Notes under the pieces: generated by a model
What the model was told of the DNA's origin: nothing
The model's database searches: none
Seen by the model: the letters and a program-made list of their open reading frames with translations, nothing else
NCBI RefSeq assembly: GCF_009914755.1
Contig: NC_060928.1
Strand: one strand, 5' to 3'
Length of the DNA: 64,000 bases
Source of the DNA: the human T2T-CHM13v2.0 reference genome, Homo sapiens
Shown: positions 47,441 to 64,000 of the stretch, one piece after another
Layout: every line of letters begins with the position of its first letter
Position numbering within the stretch: the stretch's first letter is position 1
Made by a program: the position numbers and the translations under genes

Positions 47441-50400
47441 GTCAGCATTGCTGGATCCATGGATCTTCCTGGAAAGCAGGGAGAGAGATAAAAGTGCAGC
47501 AGAAAAATGGAGTCAGATGCTAAGGGTCCTTGAATGTCACATTCAGGAGCCTCGGTAGTTTTCTACAAGCCATGGAAAGCTATTGACAACAGTAAGGGGA
47601 AGCAGTCTGAATGCACTAGAGTGAATTTCGTTCGTATTTGAGGTGCTGGTGAGGAATCTCAATATGTGTTCCTCCAGAGACACAGAGGAAGGGCCCAGAC
47701 CTGGAAAAACAGATTTAGGAAGTGTTTCTACTGTGGTGAGTGTTTGAAGTTTTGAGAGTGCCTTTGGAGAAAACCTTAGAGTTAAAGCTGTTAAGGAGGA
47801 GAGGGAGCCAGGAAAAGAAACACAGAGATTTCAGTGAGGGGTAAGCGCTAAGACGGCAGAAAAAGGAACAGAAAGAAAAACAGCAAATGGCTCAGGAGGT
47901 GTTTGCAACTACAATTCAATTGGTTTTTTGTTGTTTTTATTGGTTTGGGTTGTTTTTAACCATTAAGACAAAGAAGCCCAGGCTCTAGGGATATTTCTGA
48001 TTTTTTAAATGATGCCTTTTCTTTTTCTGTGATGAGGTGTTATAAAATGTTACCTATATTCACCCCAAAGAAGTCACAAGTTGCATAATTATAAGGAATG
48101 TGGCAGCCTTGTTTATGTTTTGTGGTCGTCAGTAGGAACACTAGTCAGTCCAGTGAAATGGCTTTATGACTATTTGTTATGTGCCCTCATGATCCATTCC
48201 ACTGAAAAAGCATTTCTTCCCTTTAATTCCCATTTATTTTCTTACTACAAAAGCCATAATTTAAAAATATTGGAAAATAAAGAAAAATATCTATAATCCC
48301 ATCAGCTTGCCAAAAGAACTTTGGTTATTTTGGCGGGCATATGAGGCTAAGCATCTGGTCATGTTGGCTAAGTGACAGGAGGTTCAGGTCTTTTATATCT
48401 GGCTTTTTCTATACCTTCTGACTGAAAATCATTTCACAGCATCATTTTAAAAAATAGATATCATTATTCATGTAGCTCTCACTGTCCATGGGCCACAAAT
48501 ACTGATATCTCAAATAAAGCTGGAAGTTGTAGAAGTAAAAATATACTCCCTGGGCTACTAGGGTGTTTATTTCTCATTGTAATCAGGACTTGGCTTATAT
48601 GTTCATAATATTCCATATTCCCTAAGTACCATTCTTACAGTATTGAGGCAAACATCAACTGCTTTGTCTTTAGACCAAGTCACATATTCATAATAGGACA
48701 TCTCACAGCCACATTTCTTCATGTATATACCTCAAATCCAGAAGGAATATCTAAAAAATCGTTCAATATACTGTTCATCAAAAAATATAGCACATGAAGA
48801 GCACAGATGCTGAACTTCAGCTGACCAGGGCTAAAGGCTGCCGACCTCACTCACTAGTGATGTGACCTTTGAGTTTAGCTACTCTCCAGACCCCGCTTCC
48901 CGCCTCTATAAAACAGGGGTAATTCCAGAACCTAGTTCTTGGTATTGTTTTGAGGATTAAATGAGTGAATACATGTTACAGTGTTTCACATAGTACCGGG
49001 CACATGGTCAGCCCTCTGTATTTAAGTATTAATGATTGTTAGATGCTGTATACTCAGAGAGAAAAGGAGAAACCAGTTAGGAATACTTTGGTCAGTAATC
49101 CAAATTTACCAACGCAAACCACTGCTTAATCTCTTTTGTATTTCCTTTCACTTTATGCTCAGCAGATTTGTGATAGGTGAACAAATGCAAATCTCTAAGA
49201 ACACATAAACATCAAAGTAGAAGTAACACAGAACCTTGAAAACTTAGCCTCCACTAGATATGACCAAAACTTCTCTACATGTGGCCCTGGTTCCCTGTCT
49301 CAGGTTACCCAAGATCTGATCCTTGAATCTAATTTACCTGTTGCCCAGCCAGCACTTATGAGAAACTCCTTCCTGCCAGGTGTCCGATAGGCTCAGAACA
49401 CCCAGTGATGACAGTGACAGCTCACCCTTGAGGACCTCAGTGGAGTTGACAGCCAGTGGGGATATAGGGGGATTCAGCTCTGTGGTGGGTGCTGTTAGCA
49501 GCCCACCAGAATGGCACCTCGTCCCAGCCTCAAAATCAGGTTATATAAAAATTAGTCCATGGCTTTCTTTGATCTGACGCCCAAAGCACAAGTAACAAAA
49601 GGATAAATAGCTACATTGGACTTCATCAAAATTAAAAACTTGTACTTCAAAGGAAACCATTGAACAAGGTAAGAAGAACACATGAAATGGAGAAGTTATT
49701 TGCAAATCATGCATCTTGATTAGTATCAGGACCACTATCAAGCATATATAAAAATTTGAGGGGTCTACAAGACAATCAGATTAGGGTGTCTTTTAAGAAA
49801 TTGGTTTAGATTATGGTTTAAAGAGAGATCAGGGCTAGAGCTAATATATTTTGTAATTATGTTATAACAAAAGCAGTGAGACTTTAATTGGTCTAGCTCA
49901 AGTTAGAAGAGGGCCTAGAGCCTTCTTGGAGGATACAACAAATTTAAGGGTGAGAAAGAATTTCTAGATGGATATGTGCACATATGATGATAGGCACTCA
50001 ATATTTTATTGCTGGATTGAAATTGAATGTAATTATTACTTTAAGATTATACAAATGTATTATAGTTCTTTAAAATTTAATTTAGCATGCTCAATCCTTT
50101 TAAGTATAATTAATGGCCTTAAATGTATTAATATAATTGACTTTAAAACTTTCTAAGATTTTGACAAAAATTACATTATATACTTTTTTATCAAGTCCAT
50201 AAATACTGTAATAAAACCATCAATACTGCAATAAATCACATCAATGAAATTATATTATCTGAGCATATTTTCTATACCAACCCAATGGAAAGAAACAAAA
50301 ATAATAATTTCCACATATTTTGCCACATGGAATTTAACCTAATTATTTTCTAGATTACTAATGTTAAGCTTTCTGCCTGGTCTTGTGTTTCATTATCATC

Positions 50401-50655
50401 ATCTTCACAGATCTCTAAAGCCCAAGGCTTGCCTATACACAGCCAAGTTTCTCTCTCATGAGTTGACTTCTCGGTTTGTTTTGTGTGTTTTCAAACACAT
50501 CAGTCTCTCTCCTTTGCTACAGGAAGTGCAGCAGACAGGAATAGAATGGCATCATCAACAATGCATGAGAAAGTCTTAGCCCTATTTTACAAGGCGACCT
50601 CACTTGGCAGAATCTTAAAAAGCCTTACTGACCAAGCACAGGAATCTGATCTTTA

Positions 50656-51009
<354 letters not shown>

Positions 51010-51430
51010 TCATCTGCTTCTTTCCTCATCCTCAAAAACATTTAAAATACTGAGACAAATAATAACTTCATTTAGCATTGCATTGTGGAATGTATTGATT
51101 AGCACAGCTTCAACTTCTGTACAATTGAGTTGGTAGATAACTATTTAACCTTAACACTACAAAATGAGAAAATGAAGGAGAAGTATAGAATTCAACATAA
51201 AAGGAAACTGTATACAGTTGCTTGATATTATGATAGATTATACCCAACTGACACCCTCATTTTTATTCTGGCCATTACTGGACATCTAGCTGCACCTAAG
51301 TGAAATTTGACAGCACCTCACTTTAGCTGTACCTCCAGGTTTCATTCCAGGGTATCCCTTCCTCTCCAGAAGGCTTGCGGAGGCCCACTCATGTATTCTG
51401 ACACATATGCAAGACTGGAAGCACCAACTA

Positions 51431-51998
51431 TGTAGAGGCCAAGGGGACACTTCCTTGTCACCCTCTGAAAGTTCACTGAAAATCAGCTGACAAAAGGCAG
51501 ATTAATAGGAGAAAAGGCATACACATTTATTAGTGTGCAAGGAGTAAAGATAATTACATACCCTTCATCCTAGAGGAAAGAGAGATGGAGAAGTGTGGGT
51601 GATTTTAGCAAGTAGAAAATGATTTTTAGGGGAATTCAATGGGCTTGGAGAACATAACAGTGGCCTCGGACAAAGTCTGTTGGGCCCGCAGAGCAGACAA
51701 TGGTTTTTGACTAAAGTCTGTCCAAGTGTGTTGATGGACTTCAGTCTTTCTTCCTGCGATATGGGTACAGTTAATGAACACTCAGGAGAGGGACCAAAGG
51801 TCACTGTTTTCTTCTTTGGCAGGTTTGGACTCAGGCAGCTAAGGGAACTTCAGAGAACAACCTCATCCTGTGCTTTAGGAGAGATAGGGAATTTGGCATC
51901 CAGGGTAGGGGAGGTCAGAGAGAACTTGAGGCTTCTTCTTCAGTTCAGCATGTCAAAGCACCATATTTTGGGCCATCTGTTTCTGAGCCCCTCCAACC
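51431..51998. mobile_element. ERV1-class solo LTR (MER67-like, tentative)
   Basis: tgtagagg...ccaaca ends, with motif gacaaaaggcagattaataggagaaaaggcatac. Confidence 0.55.
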
Positions 51999-53159
51999 AC
52001 CTGGGGGACAGAAGCCATTAGACAAATATTCCCCTCTTCTGTGTCCCTGGTGGACAATTCTGAGAAGCAGTCTACGTGACTCCTCAGAGGATCCCTGTGG
52101 GTTAAACTCTCTTGCCCACAGTGGTAGCCTTGTCAATCAAGTTCTCCTGCACTCACTTTCCACCTGCTTTATTCTTCCCAGTCCCCAGTTCCTGTTCTTT
52201 GGTGTCACTTCTCAGAGTCAACTACAGGCACAGAAAAACCCTTGCCACAGGCTCTGGTTTCCCATGGGCTAAACTAAAATGTTTAGTCGTATCATATGAA
52301 TACAAACTATAGACCAAAAAAAAGACATGTAAGAAAAAGCTAGTAATATGATAATAATGGCTACCATTAATGCACCTGACTGGTTATATTTTATGTACAT
52401 TTCCTTATTTGATGCTCTACTCAAGTGGCCTAAGTTGTAAGTGGTACAGTTAAAATTCAAAGCCAGGCAGTCAGACTTTAGAGCCTATGGTTTCAACTGC
52501 CAAGCTCTACAAGACAGTGCCTGATATGAATCAGACAATTTGATTCCAAAAAGAGAGTTCATTTTAGGATGGAGAAAGGAAGTAGCTTTGTGTGGTCTTG
52601 AGGAACAGGTAGGACTTGGGAAGGATATATTGAAGGTCCCCAGTGAAGATGGCACACTACATGACTGTTGTTGGGTGACAGTTATTCCATGCTGTGAAAT
52701 AATTCTCTGTCCATATAATAATGATCAAGTTTCTGTCATAGGTAGAATAAGTATGTTCCTTCTTGCCATGAACACCTATATGTGCTACTGGGATGGCTTA
52801 GAATTGCTCAAAATTGCTTGACATTTAGATTGTGCTTCATGAAAAAGGAGGAGTATCTGGGTTTTAAAAGGGGTGGATTAGAAGGAGAGATGGGTAAGAA
52901 GTTGGAAACAGCACCTTGCAGATTAGCTTTCAGAGGCAAAAGGGAATACCCATATGATAACTATCACATAGAGCAAGTAGAGACAGAGGGCTCAGCTTCC
53001 CAGGGTGGATAGCAGGACCAGAGGTTCAGTGAGGACAGGCCATGTACCCTGGAGGATGTGTGTTGGACTTACTTACAATCAGACATTATCAATGTTTTTC
53101 TTTATAGACTGTTTGGAAATGATCCTCTGTGAAGTGGATAATCTTAATTTATAGGATGA

Positions 53160-53872
<713 letters not shown>

Positions 53873-54029
53873 CATTTGAAATTTGCCAGCATTCCATGCC
53901 TTAGGAATGATAAGATGCAGCAGCAGTCAGAAGATAAGCCTTTGGGATGGGGGGGTTAACCTTCATTTTAGAACAGCCTAAGTTTCTTGGGTTAAATGGT
54001 TTATCTATCATTTTTTTCCACTCATATAG

Positions 54030-54505
<476 letters not shown>

Positions 54506-55137
54506 TGACTACATATATAACCTGACTCCTGTTGCCATGCAGTTTGCAAGAAAAAAGTATGAGAAGTGATTCCAACTTTCATACTAACTGGAGAGATCAG
54601 AATATTGCCTGACTTGAGGATGAGGGAGTGCATGGAAAGACAGGAAATGTTGGTGATAAGACAGTTTGTTCAGCTCTGAAGTTGCCCCGGCTTTCATTAT
54701 AGGAAAAAAGGAGAGTACTAACTCCAAAAGAGAAACAACAAAAAAAGGTCATTTGTTTAAAAATTCTATATTTCTCATAATACAACAAAACTATCTCAGC
54801 ATTGGCCGATAAAACAATAAATCCACTGTTTGTCATTTTAATAATCTTATCTAAAGTGTTTACTGCTATAAATATGTATTTACTTGTTGGAATGTAAATA
54901 ATTGCTGGGGTTTTTTAAAGTCACTAATTAGAGTTACTATTAAAGGAGGCCTCCAACTGCCTGTGGCAGATATTAAAGTTTATTACCAGTAGTCTCACAC
55001 CTTTAACTAAGACAATATGCTTCGGAGGCCTGGAATATGCCTGATCTCATTAGCATTAAGCCAGCTGTCAGTTAATTGTGCAGAGCGCATTACAGCTTAT
55101 AAATGGGAAATTGCGATTGCTCCTTGCTTTTCGTTAG

Positions 55138-55425
<288 letters not shown>

Positions 55426-55784
55426 TGACACTCCACGTCTGAGTTGAAATCCCAAGTACTGAATTCACATGGCTCCCTGTAGCTCTGGGTTAGACCCTAC
55501 AATGTGGTAGGAAGAACCTTGATTAAACCTGTTTATTTTTCTTTTGTGGAAAAAAGAATTAAATAATGTGGCTTGAGGGTTTTTCTTGCTAGACTCCACG
55601 TAATGATTAGTATTTATTCCATGTGCAAAATATGTTCCTCTGCAAGGCAAATGAAATCTTGGTCTCTCTCTTACCACAACCTTACAAAGTAAGCAGCATT
55701 TTGTGCCCAAACACCACACCCAGGCTACAACTCAAATTCTGCAACTGTGGGTGGTATGTGTGAGATAAAAGGAGAATAAGCCAT

Positions 55785-56905
<1,121 letters not shown>

Positions 56906-58560
56906 AGGAAAACACACTAGGATATTCTAGTATTCACATAATTGGCATACTTCTGTGCTTCACTTACAATCTCCTCCCTTGAAAAATGCCTCCCGGAAAT
57001 GTACTTTTTTTACCTAGATCTACAGAAGCTTGGGAATATTTTAGCTTATTCTATAACAATCATTCTACAAATCAGCATTCAGGCCATTCAACATTGCTTG
57101 AGTGTCCTCCTGACATGACAGCTAACTTCCCAAAAGCAAGTGATCTAGGGGAGAACCCAAAAAAGAAGCCACAGTTCCTTTTATGACCTAGTCTCAGGAG
57201 CCACATACTGTCACTTCTGCCATATTCTACTCAGGAGAAGCAAGTCACGAGACGTAGTGCACTCTCAAATGGAGGAGAATTGGGCTTCACCTGTTGAAGA
57301 TAGAAGTCTCCAATTGTGAATATCTTCTGAAATTATGGCACTTTCCTCCAAAGGCCACTTCTCCCTTCCTTTTGCCTATTCACTGCCCCAGAAGCTCTGT
57401 TCCTAAAACTGCTCTTTTAAATCACACACATTTGGAAGCCCTTCCCTATAGTCCATGCTCTGCTCTGCCCAGACACTTTTAAAGTATTTTCGTCTTCAAG
57501 GTTCATTTAGCCTTTTTGAACAAAGTTTTAGATCCTCTGTAGCCCCTTTCGCTAGCTCCCCTTTTCTGTCTTCTCTGCAGTTTTTCTCTGGGTGATTTTG
57601 CTCACCACGAAGCAGAGGTGGGGCAGGAGAAGGAAGATTACACACTGCCATCTGGTGATCTTTCTCTTTTCACTTGTTTGATGTTTTGGCATTCTCTGTC
57701 TTCAAGTTAAGTTAAAAGCATGGTTTCTACATAGATTCCCTTTTTCCTTCTTATTCTTTTGTGTACTTGGGGAGGAAATCTTAAGAGGCAGGTAGCTAGA
57801 CTGCCATCATTGTCTTTAGCTACCTGAAAGTCTCCACAGGATTTTAAAAGATGTTGCTCATAAATGGACACCAGGTTTAAATTTTTAAAAGAAGGAGAAG
57901 GAGAAAGAAAAAGAAGAGGAAGGAAGAGAAGACGTTTAGAAAATATCCAAACAAAATCAATATATGTCAGCTAACATTTGTGATTATAGCCTCTTTGCTT
58001 TGAATTTTTAAGTGTATCATTTAATTTTATCCCCACAAAGTGCTTAGAGGTAAACTCTATTACTATAACTATCTTATAAGTGAGGAAACTGAGGATCAGA
58101 AGGTTAAATAAGCTGTTTCAAGTTCCTCAGGCAGTATATGGTGAAGCTGGGATTTAAACCCAGGCAGTCTGAACAGGGTGTGTGGACTGTGCACCTATAC
58201 ACTTGGTGCCTTTTCCCTTGGTTTAGTGCCAGGTGGAAGGTTAAACTGCTACATAAATTATGAGCCCAATTCTTTACATAAATGGCAAGAAGCAAGCAGT
58301 CTCATAGGAGGCCAGATTTGTTGGGATTTTGATTGTTTTGCTTACCACTTCTCTTCTGAAACAGCCATCTCTGATTTTGACATCTTCCAGGTGTGCAGAA
58401 TACTGCAAAACAATTTTTTTAAAAACCCACTTGTTAAATATGAAAGGTTATATAGTTCTATGCTTTCACTTTTTTAAAAAAAGGAAAAGATAAAGTTGTA
58501 GGAAATGTTAAGTTTCATGAGTTTGGTATTGTGAATTATTTTTCTAACTAAGAATCTTAG

Positions 58561-58947
<387 letters not shown>

Positions 58948-59726
58948 TGATAGACTAATGGAAGATATACCAGAGTACTGTGGGAACCCTTTATCAAATC
59001 AGTGATCCATTACAGGGGCTTAGAGTTTATGAGAACAGCCTTTCTTTCTTCTTAAGTTTATCCCCAACCTTCCCTAAGTCACCATCTCCTGTGTATTTTC
59101 TTACTACTCTATGGCGTGATCTTGTAGAGACCTTTGCTTCCTGTTGCTGCCTATCACTCCCACTATGATTCAAGCTCCAAGGCAGCAGGGGCCTGGCCTG
59201 GATTCCCAGAGTCTCATCTGTGCCTGGCACAAGGAGGCTCTCAGTAAAGATGTGTTCTAGGAATGAATAAAGCCGTGAATGAATAAATGAGGTAATGATC
59301 ACGTTCAATCAAATAAACTTGTTCATTTACAAAGCACGTCCTCATACTTTACCTCATTTAATTCTCCCAGAAGCCCAGTTAAGTAGATTAGTATCTCTTT
59401 TGTACAGGAGGAGAGAGTTCAAAGAAGTGCCTGGCCCTAATTCACCCAGCTGAAGAGTAATAGAACTAAAACTTGTCTCTCATCCTATGATTTGAATACT
59501 ACCTTCTTCTCAGTATGCCACACTGATGAGTTACATATTAAATTTTTAGGCGTTTTCTTTAAATACCTGATTCTACAACATACTGCTACAAGTGAGCACA
59601 TTCATCTTTTCCTTGGTTCTGCTTTTAAAAATTAATTTGGAAAATTTGCATTTTCTAAGAACATAAATGAAATCTCTGGTGATTAATTCACCAAACTGCA
59701 GTTTGAGATATTTAGATTGGCCCTAA

Positions 59727-59936
<210 letters not shown>

Positions 59937-60477
59937 TAGACATAGCTTTTATTTTCCTAACAGGGCAGTCATTGCATCCACTGTACTCATTTCCTCTTGA
60001 GGTTATCCACAGAAAGTGGTTCATTTTTTTTTTTTAACTTTCTCTCTCAGTACATTTATTGATCCTCAAATAACATAACTTCTCAACTGCTCAAAACCCA
60101 TCTTTGCTAGCTAGATCTGGGCTTTTCCTGCTAAACCAGATCCTGGCAACATTTTCCTACTTGACAGAATTTTTAAATTATCCATAGGTAGAATAGTTTC
60201 ATTTTTGAGTTTTTATTCTGTGTTTTTTTTTCTTAAATGTTTAATTAATAGAAGATAAATTTTTCTTAAGCACTCATTTAAGCTCTTTAAAATACTTTTT
60301 AGGAAGCCAGGGTGTATATTTTAAATCAATTGTGAGAAGTGTTAGTGAAGACTTGATTTCTAATGGAAACAGAACTTTTACAGTTCTGTTGGGGGAGGAA
60401 GTACATGAAATATATATGTTGACACAGAATTTTCAAGAAATGTTGTTTGTGTTGTGAACCATTTTCTGTTCGATTAG

Positions 60478-60705
<228 letters not shown>

Positions 60706-60835
60706 TAGCTTGGGGTGCTATATTTATAACATTCTACTTTAATTTTTTAAATAATTCACTATCTTACACATAAAGAACAAACATCAGGCATATTATGTAA
60801 GAGTAAGTCTAATTATACTCAATGCATCCCTTCTT

Positions 60836-61135
<300 letters not shown>

Positions 61136-61607
61136 AATGCATCCCTTCTTAAACAAGGAGTGAGTTTCCTAGCTAGGAATGACTGAGTCTGCATCTTTTT
61201 TTACACATCCAGGTTAGCTACACTTATTTTTCTTCTTTTGCCCTCTCTTTTCTCTTGTTATCTCACATTTGCTGCAGGACCACTTCCCATTTGTTGTCTC
61301 TTTATTATATAACCGGAGAGTTTCTATCCTTGCAAATCCTTTATATTGTATTTTCCTAAGTCTGGTAACAAGCTGCCTAATTCCAGCCCTTGCTCTACCA
61401 TTCACTGGGTGAACTTGGCCATTAGTCTCTCATGCCTCAATGTCTTCATCTGTAAGGCAGGCACGATAGCAGTGTCTGCCTCCCAGGCTTGCTGTGTAAA
61501 TTGAATGAGGTAATCCACATAAGTGTCTAAAACAGACCTAGTAACTGCTGGCTATCATTACAGTTCCCTGCCCTCATATTTAATTGCATTGCTCTTGCTT
61601 TCCTGGG

Positions 61608-63789
61608 TGTATTAATCTGTTATCACGCTGCTGATAAAGGCATACCCAAGACTGGGCAATTTACAAAAAAAAGAGGTTTAATGGACTTACAGTTCTACAT
61701 GGCTGGGAAGACCTCACAATCATGGCAAAAGGCAAGGAGGAGCAAGTCACGTCTTACATGGATGGCAGCAGGCAAAAAGAGAGCTTGTGCAGGGAAACTC
61801 CCGTTTATAAAACCATCAGATCTTGTGAAACTCATTCACTATCATGAGAACAGTGCAGGAAAGACCCACCCCCATAATTCAATCACCTCCCACCCGGTTC
61901 CTCCCATGAAACCTGGGAATTGTGGGAGTTACAATTCAAGATGAGATTTGGGTAGGAACACAGCCAAACCATATCATTTCACCCCTGGCCCCTCCCAAAT
62001 CTGTCCTCACATTTCAAAACCAATCATTGCCTTCCCAACAACTCCCCCAAAGTTTTAACTCATTTCAGCATCAACTCAAAAGTCCATAGTCTAACATCCC
62101 ATCTGAGACAAAGCAAGTCCCTTCTGCCTATGAGTCTGTAAAATCAAAAGCAAGTTAGTTACTTCCTAGATACAATGGAGGTATAGGTATTGGGTAAACA
62201 TGTCTCGCATTCCGGTCATGCTGATGCAAGAGTTAGGTTCCCATGGTCTTGGGCAGCTTCGCCTCTGTGGCTTTGCAGGGTACAGCCTCCCTCCTGGCTG
62301 CTTTCATGAGCTGGTGTTGAGTGTCTGCAGCTTTTCCAGGTACACAGTGCAAGCTGTCAGTGGATCTACTATTCTGGGGTCTGGAGGACAGTGGCCCTCT
62401 TCTTATAGCTCCACTAGGCAGTGCCCCAGTAGGAACTCAGTGTGGGAGCTCCAACCGCACATTTCCCTTCTGCACTGCCCTAGCAGAGGTTCTCCATGAG
62501 AGCCCTCCCCCTGCAGCAAACTTCTGCCTGGGCATCCAGACATTTCCATACATCTAGGCAGAGGTTCTCAAACCTCAGTTCTTGACTTCTGTGTACTCTC
62601 AGGCTCAACACCATGTGGAAGCTGCCAGGACTTGGGCTTGCACCCTCTAAAGCCATGGCCCGAGTTGTACCTTGGCTTCTTTTAGTCATGGCTGGAGTAG
62701 CTGGGACACAGGGCATCAAGTCCCTAGACTGCACACAGCATGGGGACCCTAGGCCTGGCCTAAGAAAACATTTTTTTCCTCCTAGGCCTTCAGGCCTGTG
62801 ATGGGAGGGGATGCTTTGAAGACCTCTGACATGCCCTGGAGACATTTTCCCCATTGTCTTGGTGATAAACATTCGGCTCCATGTTACTTATGCAAATTTC
62901 TACAGCCGGTTTGAATTTCTCCTCAGAAAATGGGATTTTCTTTTCTATTACATTGTAAGGCTGCAAATCTTCCAAACTTTTATACTCCCCTTATAAAACT
63001 GAATGCCTTTAACAGCACCCAAGTCACCTCTTGAATGCTTTGCTGCTTAGAAATTTCTTCTGCCAGATACCCTAAATCATCTCTCTCTCAAGTTCAAAGT
63101 TCCACAAATCTCTAGGGCAGAGGCAAAATGACACCAGTCTCTTTGCTAAAATATAACAAGTCACATTTGCTCCAGTTCCCAACAAGTTCCTCATCTCCAT
63201 CTGAGACCACCTCAGCCTGGATTTCATTGTCCATATTATTATCAGCATTTTGGTCAAAGCCATTCAACAAGTCTCTAGGGAGTTCCAAACTTTCCCACAT
63301 TTTCCTGTCTTCTTCTGAGCCCTCCAAACTGTTCCAGCCTCTGCCTGTTACCAGTTCCAAAGTTGCTTCCACATTTTTGGGTATCTTTTCAGTAGTACTG
63401 CACTTCTGGTACCAATTTATTGTATTAGTCCATTTTCATGCTGCTGATAAAGACATACCCAAGCCTGGGCAATTTACAAAAGAAAGAGGTTTAATGGACT
63501 TACAGTTCCACATGGCTGGGGAGGCCTCACAATCATGGTGGAAGACAAGGAGGAGCAAGTCACATCTAACATGGATGGCAGCAGGCAAAAAGAGAGCTTG
63601 TGCAGGGAAACTCCCATTTTTAAAACAATCAGATCTCATAAAATTCATTCACCATCATAAGAACGGCACAGGAAAGACCCACCCCCATAATTCAATCACC
63701 TCCCACCCAGTTCCTCTCATGACATGAGGGAATTGTGGGAGTTACAATTCAAGATGAGTTTTGGGTGGGGACACAGCCAAACCATATCA
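61608..63789 (-). mobile_element. Complete THE1 MaLR element: LTR 61608-61976, internal 61977-63420, LTR 63421-63789
   Basis: Two similar LTRs of about 369 bp (tgtatta...ccatatca) with 5-bp TSD ctggg at 61603-61607 and 63790-63794. Confidence 0.95.
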
Positions 63790-64000
63790 CTGGGACTGCC
63801 TCCTTCAGAAACCTGTGTAATTTTAAATTTGTAACATTCAGCACTGATCACATGAAACAGAATGGGGTGGGTATAACAATCATCATTTTTGTCTATAAAG
63901 AGGAATGATGAATAGAGAAAACACAGGCCCAGGCGGATTCTGAGTACAGTCCTGCTGTCCTACTAACTAATTAGCTTGCAACTTTGGGCAAGTTCCTTTA

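Noticed and set aside
49335-49540. Stop-free minus-strand stretch ending in a donor-like caacag|gtaaat
   Set aside because: No convincing acceptor or start and no recognisable protein. One motif is not enough to call an antisense exon.
63128-63727. 199-aa ORF, the longest in the track
   Set aside because: It lies wholly in the THE1 internal region and LTR on the element's antisense strand, with no gene-like context.

Overview
Human/primate genomic DNA (about 40% GC, dense in Alu, L1, L2, MIR, MaLR/ERV LTRs and DNA transposons) containing the 5' part of the ciliary transition-zone gene CC2D2A (MKS6/JBTS9) on the + strand. Ten GT-AG coding exons (19810-60645) splice in frame into residues 1-383 ([20 protein letters not shown]...[10 protein letters not shown]), and the gene continues past the window. 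About 13.7 kb of repeat-rich upstream DNA precedes a probable CpG-poor promoter/first exon (~13.75-13.97 kb) with RFX-like sites and uORFs. A cassette exon (23100-23205) and an MaLR-LTR/Alu-derived terminal exon (from 25074) predict 111-aa and 122-aa short isoforms. Introns hold a 5'-truncated antisense GAPDH processed pseudogene, a solo LTR2, an inverted L1 carrying an exact 49-bp inverted templated insertion, and a complete two-LTR THE1 element. I see no support for a wholly new biological system. The noteworthy items are transposon-derived regulation of CC2D2A isoforms and small template-switch scars. Most ORFs in the supplied track are repeat-derived noise. Repeat subfamily names come from recalled consensus motifs and their boundaries are approximate.
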